Part shown: in pieces, positions 10,801 to 19,559 of the stretch | Numbering within the stretch: the first letter of the stretch is position 1 | How the letters are laid out: every line of letters starts with the position of its first letter | Position numbers and translations under genes: made by a program | The notes under the pieces: model-generated | What the model saw: the letters and a program-made list of their open reading frames with translations, nothing else | Databases searched by the model: none | Told to the model about the DNA's origin: nothing | Source of the DNA: a virus | Lineage: Duplodnaviria; Caudoviricetes | IMG/VR virus record: IMGVR_UViG_3300043464_002149 | DNA: 64,000 nt | Direction: 5' to 3' (one strand)

Positions 10801-13800
10801 TCAATACTACTTAATCTACTATTAGAGCTTGAAGTGTACGAATTCAAACTACTTGTGGCAGTATGAATAGCTGTTATATTTGTGTTATTCGAACTTGTAT
10901 AACTGTTTAATGAACTAGTTGTAGATTCAATCGCTGTTAATCTACTATTTTGTGTATTGTTTGTTGTATTATTACTACTTGTATATGAATTGAAATCAGT
11001 TCTAATTGAACCGCTAGCTGTTTCAAGAGAAGATAATCTACCAGCAGCACTACTTGTAAATGTATTTAAACTACCTGTAGATGTTTCAATTGAACTTAAT
11101 CTATTGTTTGTACTAGATGTATATGAATTTAAAGAACTTGTAGTTGATTCAATTACCCCCAATCTAGTGTTAGTACTTGATGTGTATGTATTTAGGGAAG
11201 CAGTTGAGGTTTCTAAACTACCAACTCTATTTACTACGTTATTAAATTCTGTTTCTCTAACTAATCTTTGCTCCGAACCTAATTGGCCAGCAATCCAATA
11301 GTCATTTGTAGCATCCCATAATAACGAACCTGAAATTTGGTTTGGTGCTGTAGTATCTTTAACTCTTAATCCCGCAAATGTTGCACCAGTACCATTTAAG
11401 TTGATTAGATTATTATCAACATCAAGTGTTGTTGTGTTAACATTTGTTGTTGTTCCTTTAACCAATAAGTTTCCTTTAACAGTTAAGTTAGACCCAGTCA
11501 ATTCTACAGCCGCTAATATTGATGACGTGAAAGTATTTAAACTACCCGTCGATGTCTCTATTGCAGTTATATTTGGACTAGATATGTTTTCAGTTACTTT
11601 TAATGTACCTGTAACTTCTGTATTTGAATTTATAGAAACTTTAGTTCCCGTGTCCGTGATATTACTATCACCAAGGTGTTCCGCATTAACAGATTTAATA
11701 ATTCTATTTACTGTCGGATATAATTCACTCCCAAGACTATCGTATGATTGGGGGCCCATTAATAACACAGAAGATGTTAGTGGTGAACCAACTATTGCTT
11801 GGTGAACAAACACCCATTGATCGTTAATGGAATCAAATAACATTGATCCAGAAACTGTTGGTGATGACCCGCTGTCAATAACCGCTAATCCACCAAACCT
11901 TGTACCAGGATTTTGCGCGTTTACTGTTATTAAATTAGTACCGATATTTAATGTGCTTTGAGATATAAAATTAATTGACGATGACCCACCAACAATTAAG
12001 TCTTGTGAAATATATAAAGATCCGGTAATTGTTTGACTACCTTGATATGTGTTAGAGCCAGTAGTTGCATAACTACCGGTTTTACCTTCGATAGAATCTA
12101 ATCTATTATTTTGACCTAAATCTGTAGTGGCTAATGATGAACTAAAAGTACTGTAACCAGTTGTACTAGATAGTGTAACCTGTACTGATCCTGAAATAAC
12201 ATTTTCAGCGTTTAATCTATTTTTGATTGTTGTGTTAATAGAAGATGTAAAGCTATTCAAACTACTTGTTGAAGTGTGAATTGCATTTATATTACTATTG
12301 TTACTAGTGGTATATGAATTTAAACTTGAAGTTGTAGATTCAATAACACCTAATCTTGTGTTTGTTGAACTGGTATATGAATTTAAACTACCTGTTGAAG
12401 TTTCAATAATACCTAATCTTGTATTGGTGCTAGAAGTATATGTGTTTAAACTTGAAGTTGTAGATTCAATAACACCTAATCTTGTGTTTGTACTAGATGT
12501 ATAAGAATTCAAACTACTTGTGGCAGTATGAATAGCTGTTATATTTGTTGTATTAGAACTTGTATAAGAATTTAAACTACTTGTGCTTGTCTCTAAAGCG
12601 CTTAATCTACTATTTTGTGTAGATTCAACACTGTTGTTTGAACTTGTGAAACTATTGAAATCAGTTCTAATACTAGAACTAGCAGATTCTAAAGAACTTA
12701 ATCGATTGTTTGTACTTGAACTAAATGTATTTAAACTACCTGTACTTGTTTCAATATTATTTAAACGCGTATTTGTACTTGAAGTATAAGAATTTAAACT
12801 ACCGGTTGTAGATTCAATCACACCTAATCTGGTGTTAGTACTACTTGTATATGTGTTTAATGAACCTGTAGTTGTTTCAATAGCAGTTAATCTACTATTT
12901 TGTGTTGTATTTGTTGTATTATTAGAACTTGTATATGAATTAAAGTCTGTTATAATACTACCACTTGCTGTTTCTAAGTTATTTAATCTACTATTTTGTG
13001 TAGATTCAATACTGTTGTTTGAACTTGTAAAAGTATTAAAATCGTTTCTAATACTACCGCTTGCAGTTTCGAGTGAGTTTAATCTAACATTTGTACTTGA
13101 AGTGAACGTATTTAAACTTGATGTTGTAGATTCAATTACACCCAATCTTGTATTTGTTGAACTAGTGTATATATTTAAACTTCCTGTGGTTGTTTCTAAA
13201 GAATTTAATCTTCCATTAGCACTAGAAGTGAAAGTATTTAAACTACTTGTGGCGGTATGAATTGCATTTATGTTAGTAGTATTGCTACTTGTATATGAAT
13301 TTAAAGAACTCGTTGCTGTTTGTAAACTACTTGCCCTTGAATCTATTGAAGTTGATAATGTGTTATATTCATTAACTAATACAATTCTTTCTTCACTACC
13401 TAACTTACCAGCTTTCCAGAAGTCTGTTGAAGTATCCCATAATAATGAACCAGAAATAATACTAGCACCACTAGCATCTTGAACAACAAGACCAGCATTA
13501 TTTGTTGCGGCGCCATTCAATGAAATTATATTGTCACCAATATTAAGAGTTGTAGAATCAATTTGCGTTGTTGTTCCTTTAACCAATAAGTTTCCTTTAA
13601 CAGTTAAGTTAGAGCCAGTAACCTCAACTGCACTCAATATTGATGAACTAAATGAATTTAAAGAACTAGTTGCTGTATGAATCGAATTGATGTTCGAAAT
13701 ATTACTACTTGTATATGAGTTTAAACTACCAGTACTGATGTGTATAGCGTTTAAACTTGAGTTAGTACTAGAAGTAAAACTATTTAAACTCGCAGTACTT

Positions 13801-15461
13801 GTTTCAATTGATAATAATTTACTACTAGCACTTGATGTAAAACTATTTAAACTACCTGTTGAAGTTTCAATAATACCTAATCTTATATTTGTGCTAGATG
13901 TAAATGTATTTAAACTTCCTGTAGATGTTTCAATAATACCTAATCTTGTATTGGTACTAGAGGTATATGAATTTAAACTTCCAGTAGTTAATTCAATTGC
14001 GTTTAACTTACTATCAGTACTTGATGTGTATGTGTTTAACGATGATGTTGCGGTTTCTAATAAATCTAATCTACCATTTTGTAGACTATTTGTTGTGTCA
14101 TTAGATGACGTGTAACTATTGAATACAATCTCATCTAATTTACCCGTACCAATCGCCTGGCCGTTTAATGAAATAGATCCTGTTATATTAACCGATCCAG
14201 TAACAGAAAGAGACCCACTTATTGTTTCAGTACCGATAAAACTATTTGATCCGGTTGTAGCAATTCTTGATGGATCTACATAGACAACTTGTCTATCTGC
14301 TTCAACATTTAAAAGATCCGAATATACCCCAATACCATTACCCATCATATGATGTAAAGCACAGAAATAATAAAGTGTAGATGGTGTACTATCAGTTACT
14401 TCAATTTGAATGTAATCTGGTGTTGAACCTGTGGTTACACCTGTTGTATAAACCGTCCCACCATTATGTGTTCCATCATTTGTTGTAGAGAATCTAAAAG
14501 GATGCGCCCCAATATTTGGAAATAAGAATTTATATGTAAATCCTTTTATTAGACTTAAAATTGGGCTTCTTACCCCATCAATAAAGAATTTTCCACCAGA
14601 ATCCGTTACGTTTACCAATATAACCTTATCAGAACCAAGGTTAATATTTGATATTTTCAATGATCCGGTTAGTTCTGTGTTGGTGTTAATTCTAAGGCCA
14701 TCAGCTTGAGAAATGGATGCCGTAGCAGAACCATCAGCAATTCTGGTTAAATTAAGTCCCGTAACACCACTCGCCGGGATGTCATATAACCCAGCACCAC
14801 TACCCGTAAATGAACCCGAAAGTTGTGCTGCAATGTATGGTTGTGTGTCCCCCGCCAATCTAAAATATCCAGCGCCATCTCTTTTAATTATAATTGCGTT
14901 AGCTCCCTCACCAATTTGAAATTCTGACGCAATAATGTTTTTAAGATTGTTTGATGAGTCTTTTAATTGTACGTTACCATTTTCATCTTTAGTGATTTTT
15001 GTACCGCCTAAATTGATTGTGTTACCAGCTAAATAGATGTCTCTCCATCTTTTACTATCCGAACCTAAATCAAATGAAAGCGTGTCATTTGGTAAGATTG
15101 AACCGGAAACGGTAATGTTAGTATTAACGGTAAGTCCTTGGTTAGGAGAAATTGACGCGCTAACGCTACCGGAAACAATTTTATTAAGATTTAATCCCGT
15201 TACACCACTAGCAGGAATATTATATAAACCAGCACCATTTCCACCAAAAGAACCCGTAAACGCTCCAGTGGTGTAAGATGAGGTAAATTGGTGAAAACTT
15301 GATGTTAGGGTATATGCTGCGGCGTGTGAGGTTGAAACGGCATTTTCGGCAGTACCTGAAATTGTTGCAAATAAGGTACCTAAGACTCTTAAATCGCCCG
15401 AAATTTCGCTTGAGCCTGAAACCGACAGGGAACCCGATACTTGTGGATCAAAAATATTCAT
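7860..15461 (-). CDS. Giant Ser/Thr/Asn-rich tail fibre protein (2533 aa)
   Basis: SGSL beta-repeats, a cupredoxin-like insert, 21-aa polar coiled-coil repeats, two TARxIGGVSFNGSANI fibre repeats, knob-like W-rich C-terminal modules and a terminal HNLG domain. Confidence 0.8.
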   Translation of the reverse strand: MNIFDPQVSGSLSVSGSSEISGDLRVLGTLFATISGTAENAVSTSHAAAYTLTSSFHQFTSSYTTGAFTGSFGGNGAGLYNIPASGVTGLNLNKIVSGSVSASISPNQGLTVNTNITVSGSILPNDTLSFDLGSDSKRWRDIYLAGNTINLGGTKITKDENGNVQLKDSSNNLKNIIASEFQIGEGANAIIIKRDGAGYFRLAGDTQPYIAAQLSGSFTGSGAGLYDIPASGVTGLNLTRIADGSATASISQADGLRINTNTELTGSLKISNINLGSDKVILVNVTDSGGKFFIDGVRSPILSLIKGFTYKFLFPNIGAHPFRFSTTNDGTHNGGTVYTTGVTTGSTPDYIQIEVTDSTPSTLYYFCALHHMMGNGIGVYSDLLNVEADRQVVYVDPSRIATTGSNSFIGTETISGSLSVTGSVNITGSISLNGQAIGTGKLDEIVFNSYTSSNDTTNSLQNGRLDLLETATSSLNTYTSSTDSKLNAIELTTGSLNSYTSSTNTRLGIIETSTGSLNTFTSSTNIRLGIIETSTGSLNSFTSSASSKLLSIETSTASLNSFTSSTNSSLNAIHISTGSLNSYTSSNISNINSIHTATSSLNSFSSSILSAVEVTGSNLTVKGNLLVKGTTTQIDSTTLNIGDNIISLNGAATNNAGLVVQDASGASIISGSLLWDTSTDFWKAGKLGSEERIVLVNEYNTLSTSIDSRASSLQTATSSLNSYTSSNTTNINAIHTATSSLNTFTSSANGRLNSLETTTGSLNIYTSSTNTRLGVIESTTSSLNTFTSSTNVRLNSLETASGSIRNDFNTFTSSNNSIESTQNSRLNNLETASGSIITDFNSYTSSNNTTNTTQNSRLTAIETTTGSLNTYTSSTNTRLGVIESTTGSLNSYTSSTNTRLNNIETSTGSLNTFSSSTNNRLSSLESASSSIRTDFNSFTSSNNSVESTQNSRLSALETSTSSLNSYTSSNTTNITAIHTATSSLNSYTSSTNTRLGVIESTTSSLNTYTSSTNTRLGIIETSTGSLNSYTSSTNTRLGVIESTTSSLNSYTTSNNSNINAIHTSTSSLNSFTSSINTTIKNRLNAENVISGSVQVTLSSTTGYSTFSSSLATTDLGQNNRLDSIEGKTGSYATTGSNTYQGSQTITGSLYISQDLIVGGSSSINFISQSTLNIGTNLITVNAQNPGTRFGGLAVIDSGSSPTVSGSMLFDSINDQWVFVHQAIVGSPLTSSVLLMGPQSYDSLGSELYPTVNRIIKSVNAEHLGDSNITDTGTKVSINSNTEVTGTLKVTENISSPNITAIETSTGSLNTFTSSILAAVELTGSNLTVKGNLLVKGTTTNVNTTTLDVDNNLINLNGTGATFAGLRVKDTTAPNQISGSLLWDATNDYWIAGQLGSEQRLVRETEFNNVVNRVGSLETSTASLNTYTSSTNTRLGVIESTTSSLNSYTSSTNNRLSSIETSTGSLNTFTSSAAGRLSSLETASGSIRTDFNSYTSSNNTTNNTQNSRLTAIESTTSSLNSYTSSNNTNITAIHTATSSLNSYTSSSNSRLSSIETATSSLNSYTSSNNTTISGQNSRLTAIETTTGSLNSYTSSNTTNINAIHTATSSLNSYTSSNNTNISAIHTATSSLNSYTSSNTTNINAIHTATASLNSFTSSAGGRLNSIEGVTGSIASLNTYTGSNNTVIGTLQVATSSLNSYTASNNTNINAIHTATSSLNTFTNSFNSAFSLSGADVTIKGNFTVSGTTTTVNSTTVAIGDNIIQLNGSGATNAGIVVRDATSPTTTSGSLLWDTTNDKWIAGPLGAEDDVVLRTATQTLTNKTINASQLVDASVTNAKLANSSFNIGTTSISLGRSSASQTLTGVSIDGNSATVTNGVYTTGDQTIGGAKTFSSNITNSATADWYMYGFGTRGASSGQYGMGLASDIANRTLSFHVPNHTAYSSSGAVPKFGWYSNGAVELMSLQSATGNLVVTGTIAASNLSGTNTGDQTTISGNAGSATILQTARNIGGVSFNGSANIDLPGVNTTGNQNTTGNANTSTTLQTARTIGGVSFNGSANIDLPGVNTTGNQNTSGTASNITAFTINQNVGSGNTPTFAGLTVGAGLATGRSSWGAPTNANIILTSSASDSTGNCGIEFRSGNNFPSDGASIYFENNASGGASERAKLTIRVENDAEDFMELRAGNITLNSNTISAGGQNPSIIFQNSGTTISSISSTGVYNGSISGNAATVTNGVYTNGSYSDPSWITLLAGSKINGAVASATNATAAANISLTSLGNGSVNVNNGSSAVYRNENGSGAALSYSPVFHAGAGDTMWQIQGTYGTSGNGTFYFRQGYSGSWGNWLTMLSSANYNSYSPTLTGGNASGTWGISITGNAATATSADQIDGVGFRNTGSNDGVNAQSLDSNGMTYVTNVDGSSTNLTGNATDGALYSQIYSSSWQHQIYGDYRTGIMYARGKNNGTWQSWKRVALSNSTTFSNVSSVSFTHNLGTANLTAQVFDSSNNMFFPSEINITSTTVTVTFAANRTGRLVVTG
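9245..9460 (-). repeat. Tandem 120-nt (40-aa) phage fibre repeat, about 2 copies
   Basis: ARxIGGVSFNGSANIDLPGVNTTGNQNT occurs twice with near-identical DNA. Confidence 0.85.
10300..14110 (-). repeat. Arrays of 21-aa (63-nt) LN[ST][YF]TSSxNxR[LI]xx[IL]E[ST]xTxS repeats (boundaries approximate)
   Basis: Directly visible in the translation, in three blocks separated by globular-looking inserts. Confidence 0.85.
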
Positions 15462-15537
15462 CTAAATATTGTGTTATTTTATTTAGATAAATACTTTGGT
15501 TAACGAATATGGCTTTATAAATTTTGGGTTATCTGGT

Positions 15538-16185
15538 TTAAATTATTCCTGTGAATGGAGATTCCCCTTTGTTTAGTCTTACTCTAAATGAATCGGATAA
15601 AATATATCTTTCATATAAGGTATCGTTTAGGTCCACACCAATATAATCTAAAATATCTTTAAGTGTTGTTTTATCCCTATTTACATATATATCCTCAAAA
15701 TATACTATTGGGTAACCCCTATCAGATATCTCATGTAATTTCTTAGATTCTTCATTAAATATATTTTTTCTATACTCAACGTGCCCCTCTTCAATACCAT
15801 CAAAATCATAGTATTGTCTTTTATGCCAAGTACTTGTTTTACCTTTAATTGCGTGATATGTAAAACTCTCACTTTGTGAGGTTTTATCTTTCCTATCTAA
15901 AATTATGATTTTTTCAAAATATTTAAAAAACCAATCCCAATATGCCTCGTCATTACCTATTAGTTCTTTTGGTCTATGAATTTCACTAAGAAATGTTTTT
16001 ATAAAAACATTGTTCTTATTATTATAAAAATCCGGACTGTAAACATTTCTGTTTAGTTTTTCATGTAAATATTGGTTGAATGGTTCGATGTGGCATATAT
16101 ATCCAATCGGTTCTAGATGCTCTCGTATTAAATGAAAAAGAGTTGTTGAGCCAGTTCGTTCACTTGTTAATATCGCTATTCTCAT
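15538..16185 (-). CDS. Sulfotransferase (P-loop 5'-PSB type)
   Basis: N-terminal LTSERTGSTTL 5'-PSB loop and IILDRKD 3'-PB-like strand. Confidence 0.7.
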   Translation of the reverse strand: MRIAILTSERTGSTTLFHLIREHLEPIGYICHIEPFNQYLHEKLNRNVYSPDFYNNKNNVFIKTFLSEIHRPKELIGNDEAYWDWFFKYFEKIIILDRKDKTSQSESFTYHAIKGKTSTWHKRQYYDFDGIEEGHVEYRKNIFNEESKKLHEISDRGYPIVYFEDIYVNRDKTTLKDILDYIGVDLNDTLYERYILSDSFRVRLNKGESPFTGII

Positions 16186-16916
16186 ATAATAGATTTAGAT
16201 CGTTTAACGACCCCATCAATATATCTATCAACAAATTCCACCAATTCCGGTGTTCTTGTTACTGCACAATAATCTAAATTCGTCTTATTTTTATATATTA
16301 ACTTAAAATCAACATTAAATTTATTTGACATATAATCTTCAAGTTCTTTTAAATTATTAAAATCAAACTGTTTAACAATAACTTTATCATTTGTAATCCA
16401 TTGATACTGTGAAACAAAACTAAAGATATGTACGGTATATCTTTCTATAAATCCCCCATCTATAGGGTATTCTTTTGAGATACCTAATTTATCAACTAAT
16501 TTAATTAGTAATGATTTTCTAGATTCAAGTGAGTTATATGCATTGCAAAATTCTAAATGATTTTCTTTTATAAAATTGATTATAAACTCATTACCTACGT
16601 TTTTAATTTTTTCGCCTAGAGTACTATTAATTGAGTTTACCATAGCCTCTACGAAATATTTCCAAGCAGATATGAATCTGTCTGTAGAATCTCTAATTAT
16701 GGCTATATATTCAAAATTAGTTCCAAATCTTTCTAATAAATCATTTATAGTTGAGTGGAGGTGTTTTTCCGTATTTTTATAATCCGACTTTAACTGATTC
16801 TCCCAAATCTTACTTGGATATTTTAAATCAAATTCATATTCAACGCATGTATGTTCCATAGACCAAGACGCGTTTTTAGGTATTGGTATAAATACCACTT
16901 TATCATCAATAACCAT
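16182..16916 (-). CDS. Sulfotransferase family 2-like protein
   Basis: FIPIPKNASWS and IIRDSTDRFISAW match the HIPKxAxxS and xRDPxxRxxSxY/W patterns. Confidence 0.7.
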   Translation of the reverse strand: MVIDDKVVFIPIPKNASWSMEHTCVEYEFDLKYPSKIWENQLKSDYKNTEKHLHSTINDLLERFGTNFEYIAIIRDSTDRFISAWKYFVEAMVNSINSTLGEKIKNVGNEFIINFIKENHLEFCNAYNSLESRKSLLIKLVDKLGISKEYPIDGGFIERYTVHIFSFVSQYQWITNDKVIVKQFDFNNLKELEDYMSNKFNVDFKLIYKNKTNLDYCAVTRTPELVEFVDRYIDGVVKRSKSII

Positions 16917-16926
16917 TTTATTTTTT

Positions 16927-17043
16927 TTACTGAGTTACGTCTGCGTATATGAGTGTTGCAACTTCTTGCATTATAGTTGCAACATTAGTGTTGGTTGTTG
17001 CGCTTGTTAATACAACTTCGCTAGATATTATTTTTGGTTTCAT
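16927..17043 (-). CDS. 38-aa small ORF
   Basis: Hand-translated MKPKIISSEVVLTSATTNTNVATIMQEVATLIYADVTQ; it fills the gap between genes and has an A/T-rich leader. Confidence 0.5.
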   Translation of the reverse strand: MKPKIISSEVVLTSATTNTNVATIMQEVATLIYADVTQ

Positions 17044-17065
17044 ATTATTTTTAATTTATATTTTA

Positions 17066-18601
17066 TTATTTCTGCGGTCCCGGTGAATCACAAAACCAAC
17101 ATTGGTCACAACACCAAACGGCACATGTCCATGAAGCACACCAACTAAAACAAGCACCATTGTGTTGTATAAATGTTAACCCGAGCGATTCATCAGCAAC
17201 TGGTAAAAATATATCATTTAATTCTACGTTTATGTCATATACTCTTCTAGTTACATAAACAATCCCCAGATTGATTATTTTAGATTTAATTAATGTATTA
17301 TTTACATAATCAAAAAATATAATTGAGTCATTTATTCTAAATTTATTAGTATAAGCAAATGTGGTTTCTAAGGTATCATATTCTTCAATCATCATTGAAC
17401 TTCCCGGTAAATCTTCATAAACTATACCATTTTCCAAAGTTACTTTAATCATTAATGATTCTCTTGTTTGACCACCTAAATCAATAACAGTTGATGACCC
17501 TGTCGAAAATGTGGTTAAATCAGATGAGAATACCCCTGAATTAATGTCAGGGATATACTGAACTTCTCCTGTTTCTGAAGTTTCATTTTCGGGAACCCAT
17601 GTTAAATTAATGGTTTTAATAAGATCGTTTACTAAAATTTCGTTAGGGTGTTTCAAAGTTCCGTCAGCATACAAAATTGGGGTGTCATCATCTAAAAAGT
17701 AACTTGGCCCAAAATTTCTAAATGTCGGGGATTTACTCATCCATAATGGTCTAGCGTCCTGATTCATTTTACCGTTAGAATCGTATGTGGTATCCCAACT
17801 ATTGAATTTAACAGGACTTGTCATTATGTATGAACCTAAATGTAAACAATCAAGATTACCTCCATATATAATATCTAAACTTCTGATTACCCCCATTTTA
17901 TCATTTACGATGTTTTCTGAATTTGTATGAAATTCTTCCATAAATTCATGATCCATTAATGAGCTTTTTAAGGTTTCGAGGTTAGCTAAAGAATCTATCT
18001 TGTAAAATTTAGGGTAGTCAATATAATTTGTGTTTGGAAATCTAGTTTTTACAATGTAATTTGGGGTTGTCCCTGGTGTTATATGTAATTCATTTAACTG
18101 GTCAATGTTTAATGACGGTTCTGATTCTGAATTATAGTATACATTTGGGGTATATGGTTTTTCTGATATTAACCTGTGAAAATTTACCTTATCTTTAGCA
18201 TATTCTTCATCCACAACAGCTGTAGTATCATAAGATGTTCTAATAATTAAAATACCATTTCCGTCTTCAATATGTGGCACCGTTATTGAATTTTTAGCAA
18301 CTTCATAATGTGTGAATGTACCATTAATTTCAGACATTATTTCTGACATTTTATCTTTTAAACTAACATTTATAGATGTAGTATCAAATACGTTTTCTTT
18401 CTCATTATTGATAAAATTACCGTCTGTTGATATAAAATGTAAATTAACAATTGAGTTGTCTAATAAAAATTGCTTAAAGGTTCCCCAATCCAAGTCAGGT
18501 ACAATTTTATTGTGAACGTCAACATTCGTATTTGTCTCAACTATTCGTAAGTCACCATTATCATCTTTTAAGAAGTCAGTGCCTAATATAAGTGCTTTCA
18601 T
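17066..18601 (-). CDS. Circularly permuted ATP-grasp-like domain + Hint domain + 30-aa Cys/Trp-rich C-terminal peptide
   Basis: N-terminal GTDF...LRIVETNTN and YIVKTRFP...FMEEF are ATP-grasp-like. Hint blocks are FLDDDTPILYADGTLK (A), RRVYDINVE (F) and IQHN (G), followed by GACFSWCASWTCAVWCCDQCWFCDSPGPQK. Confidence 0.7.
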   Translation of the reverse strand: MKALILGTDFLKDDNGDLRIVETNTNVDVHNKIVPDLDWGTFKQFLLDNSIVNLHFISTDGNFINNEKENVFDTTSINVSLKDKMSEIMSEINGTFTHYEVAKNSITVPHIEDGNGILIIRTSYDTTAVVDEEYAKDKVNFHRLISEKPYTPNVYYNSESEPSLNIDQLNELHITPGTTPNYIVKTRFPNTNYIDYPKFYKIDSLANLETLKSSLMDHEFMEEFHTNSENIVNDKMGVIRSLDIIYGGNLDCLHLGSYIMTSPVKFNSWDTTYDSNGKMNQDARPLWMSKSPTFRNFGPSYFLDDDTPILYADGTLKHPNEILVNDLIKTINLTWVPENETSETGEVQYIPDINSGVFSSDLTTFSTGSSTVIDLGGQTRESLMIKVTLENGIVYEDLPGSSMMIEEYDTLETTFAYTNKFRINDSIIFFDYVNNTLIKSKIINLGIVYVTRRVYDINVELNDIFLPVADESLGLTFIQHNGACFSWCASWTCAVWCCDQCWFCDSPGPQK

Positions 18602-18616
18602 TTGTTTTTCTTTTAC

Positions 18617-18624
18617 TATAAATA
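18617..18624 (-). promoter_or_regulatory. Putative late-promoter motif TATTTATA upstream of the ATP-grasp-Hint gene
   Basis: The same TATTTAT core lies upstream of starts at 6690, 15461, 52041, 59507 and 61652. Confidence 0.45.
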
Positions 18625-18634
18625 TTAATGTTTA

Positions 18635-19264
18635 TTAAATTAAACTCTTTGATTTTTTCACATATTCAAAGCCAACATTACCCGCAATAACAACTCTATC
18701 TTTTGTTGAATTTGGTGATTTGTCAGGTGAATGTGGTAAAAACCCTTCCATTATTAGTAGATCCCCCTCCTCAGGAAGATAATAATACCTATTTCCGTCA
18801 TTTCCCCCAATTATTAATGTACCTTCTGTATCTAGTAAATTATTTGGCATTTGAACATAATATACAAAAGTGTATGTTGGGTGAAAAGAATTAACGAGTT
18901 TTTGTAAATCAATGTGGTTGTGTAAAGTAACCTCGCCCCCTCTTTTAAAATCGTCTTGCTTTGGTTTTCCCTTTTTAACAATATTAATCCAGGAATTGAC
19001 GTTAGTTTTATTAAAAGGTGAAATGTCCACACTCCTTAATTCGTAACAACTTTGTACCCCAAATTTAATTATTTCTTCAATAGAATTGGTTGGTTTCATT
19101 TCGTTTTGAAAATCAAAGCTCGACCAATCTCCCATGTAAGCGTAGTTATCTTTTGGTGAGTATGAGCTTGATTTTAAAAATACATTAACATCATCAATGA
19201 CATTTATTGATTGTATTTTTGTTTTATATATGACAACGTTTTTTTCAAAAACTATTTCTTCCAT
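18635..19264 (-). CDS. 2OG-Fe(II) oxygenase-like protein
   Basis: HNH...FVYYV...EGDLLIMEGFLPHSP...RVVIAGN jelly-roll motifs. Confidence 0.7.
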   Translation of the reverse strand: MEEIVFEKNVVIYKTKIQSINVIDDVNVFLKSSSYSPKDNYAYMGDWSSFDFQNEMKPTNSIEEIIKFGVQSCYELRSVDISPFNKTNVNSWINIVKKGKPKQDDFKRGGEVTLHNHIDLQKLVNSFHPTYTFVYYVQMPNNLLDTEGTLIIGGNDGNRYYYLPEEGDLLIMEGFLPHSPDKSPNSTKDRVVIAGNVGFEYVKKSKSLI

Positions 19265-19268
19265 TAAA

Positions 19269-19559
19269 CTAAATTATGGTTTTTTTTTTGATTTTTAAAT
19301 GGTTCACGTAACTATCCTCAATAATTTTCCACTTACCTAATGGACATGAGCCATATTCATTTGTAAATATTTTTTCATTTATTGGGCACCCACAAGGGCC
19401 GCAATAATGCAACCATTCTTTGTTATGTATCCCTTCTTTTCTAAATTCACATTTTAAACAAAAATCGAGTCTTTCTTTTGCTAATTTTAATCCGGTCTCA
19501 TCGGGATTAAAAGTTATTATACCTAAATTAATAATTTCTATAGGATCGAATTTCATCAA
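19269..19559 (-). CDS. Small Cys-rich metal-binding protein (DUF6171-like)
   Basis: CLKC...CGPCGC...K...CPLGKW pattern. Confidence 0.6.
   Translation of the reverse strand: MMKFDPIEIINLGIITFNPDETGLKLAKERLDFCLKCEFRKEGIHNKEWLHYCGPCGCPINEKIFTNEYGSCPLGKWKIIEDSYVNHLKIKKKTII

Noticed and set aside
8887-15490. Many plus-strand ORFs (Val/Leu/Phe-rich) opposite the giant fibre genes, also at 46294-58206 and 58810-62275
   Set aside because: They are antisense shadows of Ser/Thr/Asn-rich repeats, lie fully inside long minus-strand CDSs, and show no protein motifs.
17159-17698. A splicing intein
   Set aside because: There is no Cys/Ser at position 1, no block-B TxxH, Gly at +1 and no endonuclease domain, so only C-terminal cleavage is plausible.
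19280-19289. 10-nt homopolymer as a phase-variation or frameshift site
   Set aside because: It encodes the KKK of the C-terminal tag; long A/T tracts are common here and no broken ORF is seen.
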